From assembly GCA_963835065.1 (NCBI GenBank), contig CAWIEK010000013.1, positions 1 to 10,707 on the forward strand: a DNA stretch of 10,707 bases, read 5' to 3'. The notes under the pieces were generated by a model, which worked only from the letters and a program-made list of their open reading frames with translations, searched no databases and was not told the DNA's origin. The position numbers were made by a program, and so were the translations under genes. Source of the stretch: an uncultured Chthonomonadaceae bacterium. Lineage in GTDB: Bacteria > Armatimonadota > Chthonomonadetes > Chthonomonadales > Chthonomonadaceae. This document shows positions 9,815 to 10,707 of the stretch, one piece after another. Numbering within the stretch: position 1 is the stretch's first letter; every line of letters begins with the position of its first letter.

Positions 9815-9912
9815 GTGATTGGTAAACAGAGTAGGGTTTTATTACTCAACAGAGTAGTGTTCCTTCACATTTGTCTGCTTTCACATTGATAAAAGGAAGG
9901 GAGGTTTTCATT

Positions 9913-10260
9913 ATGTCAGAACATTATGCCGCGCTGAGTTCAGGTGGGATTAGCAGCACACAAACGGGTACAAAAATGGAACCGATAACCCTTTCCAAAA
10001 ATGGCTTACCTACGGCTCCTGTTGTAGAACCACGTATTTCATTCGCTGAGATCGGTCGAAAAGGGGATGCAATTTACGCGCGTCTTCGTCCTGAATTGGA
10101 AAAAGAGCATTACGGAAAGTACCTCTTGATTGATGTTGAGACAGGAGAGTATGCGTATGATTCTGAGAGGGAGAAGGCGTACAACGCTCTCTTAACAAAA
10201 TGTCCGAACGCGCTTGTCTACTGCGCGCGTATCGGCTGGAGAACCACGCTTCGTCCGTAA
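9913..10260 (+). CDS. Small DUF5678-like hypothetical protein
   Basis: GGAGG RBS before ATG 9913 (alternative start 9976). Pattern RKGDAIY..LRPELEKEHYGKYLLIDVETGEY...ARIG, recalled from small proteins encoded upstream of clan AA proteases. Confidence 0.7.
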   Translation: MSEHYAALSSGGISSTQTGTKMEPITLSKNGLPTAPVVEPRISFAEIGRKGDAIYARLRPELEKEHYGKYLLIDVETGEYAYDSEREKAYNALLTKCPNALVYCARIGWRTTLRP

Positions 10261-10278
10261 TGGCAGGATTAACAAACC

Positions 10279-10653
10279 ATGAATGGTATTGTAACTGACA
10301 GGCTGGAATTGCAAATAGAATTTAAATTGTTTGCCGAAGGCAGGTTTTTTGATGCTAACGGCACAATAGACACTCGGTTTCCAGCAGAAATAGTGATACC
10401 ACAAAACAATGTGAGCGCGCTTAACTTGAAGTACAAAATGCTGGACACATTCGATATGCTGGACGGCACTATCTGCTATATTCCTGTGTACGAAGCTGAA
10501 ATTGAGTGGAACAACAAGCGCCTGCGGGTTTATGTACATTCGATAGGAGAAGAAAACATTCTGATTGGTGTAGGATTGTTATTTTTACTTGATCTGGACG
10601 CTTACATTGCACCCGGCAGTGAATTTGTCCTAAAAGAACATGAAAACCAATAG
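10279..10653 (+). CDS. Clan AA (retropepsin-like) aspartyl protease homolog with a degenerate catalytic motif
   Basis: 124 aa. MNGIV start, IDTRF in place of IDTGF, LDG flap region, IEW strand, C-terminal ILIGVGLL motif. AGGA RBS. Confidence 0.7.
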   Translation: MNGIVTDRLELQIEFKLFAEGRFFDANGTIDTRFPAEIVIPQNNVSALNLKYKMLDTFDMLDGTICYIPVYEAEIEWNNKRLRVYVHSIGEENILIGVGLLFLLDLDAYIAPGSEFVLKEHENQ

Positions 10654-10707
10654 TCCTCCAAAAGCAGAAGAAAAATCTGACAGTGATCTATCCTGTTGGT
10701 ACAACGT

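Overview
The window has three parts. (1) 1-5405 is an accessory island lying between the last 7 codons of a probable ahcY gene (SAH hydrolase, KPDTYRY*) and an isolated internal ahcY fragment (5063-5332). On the minus strand it carries a tightly coupled, heavily frameshifted two-gene module. The first gene is a P-loop ATPase (GHSGCGKST, 4231-2780). The second is a bacterial NLR-like protein (2779-232) with an N-terminal degenerate NTPase-like domain, an NB-ARC domain and about 6 TPRs. On the plus strand it carries a cryptic GNAT acetyltransferase, only partly captured by the ORF track, followed by a small acidic helical ORF. (2) 5931-9700 is an intact, GC-rich CUT2-type nucleoside/sugar ABC transporter operon (ATPase plus two permeases, no binding protein) with in-frame heptamer tandem repeats in the ATPase linker. 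(3) 9786-10653 is an AT-rich two-gene unit with its own sigma70 promoter: a small DUF5678-like protein and a clan AA aspartyl-protease-like protein whose DTG motif reads DTR. The ATPase plus NLR module is the best candidate for an undescribed conflict or defence system. All family calls come from reading motifs by eye, not from database searches.
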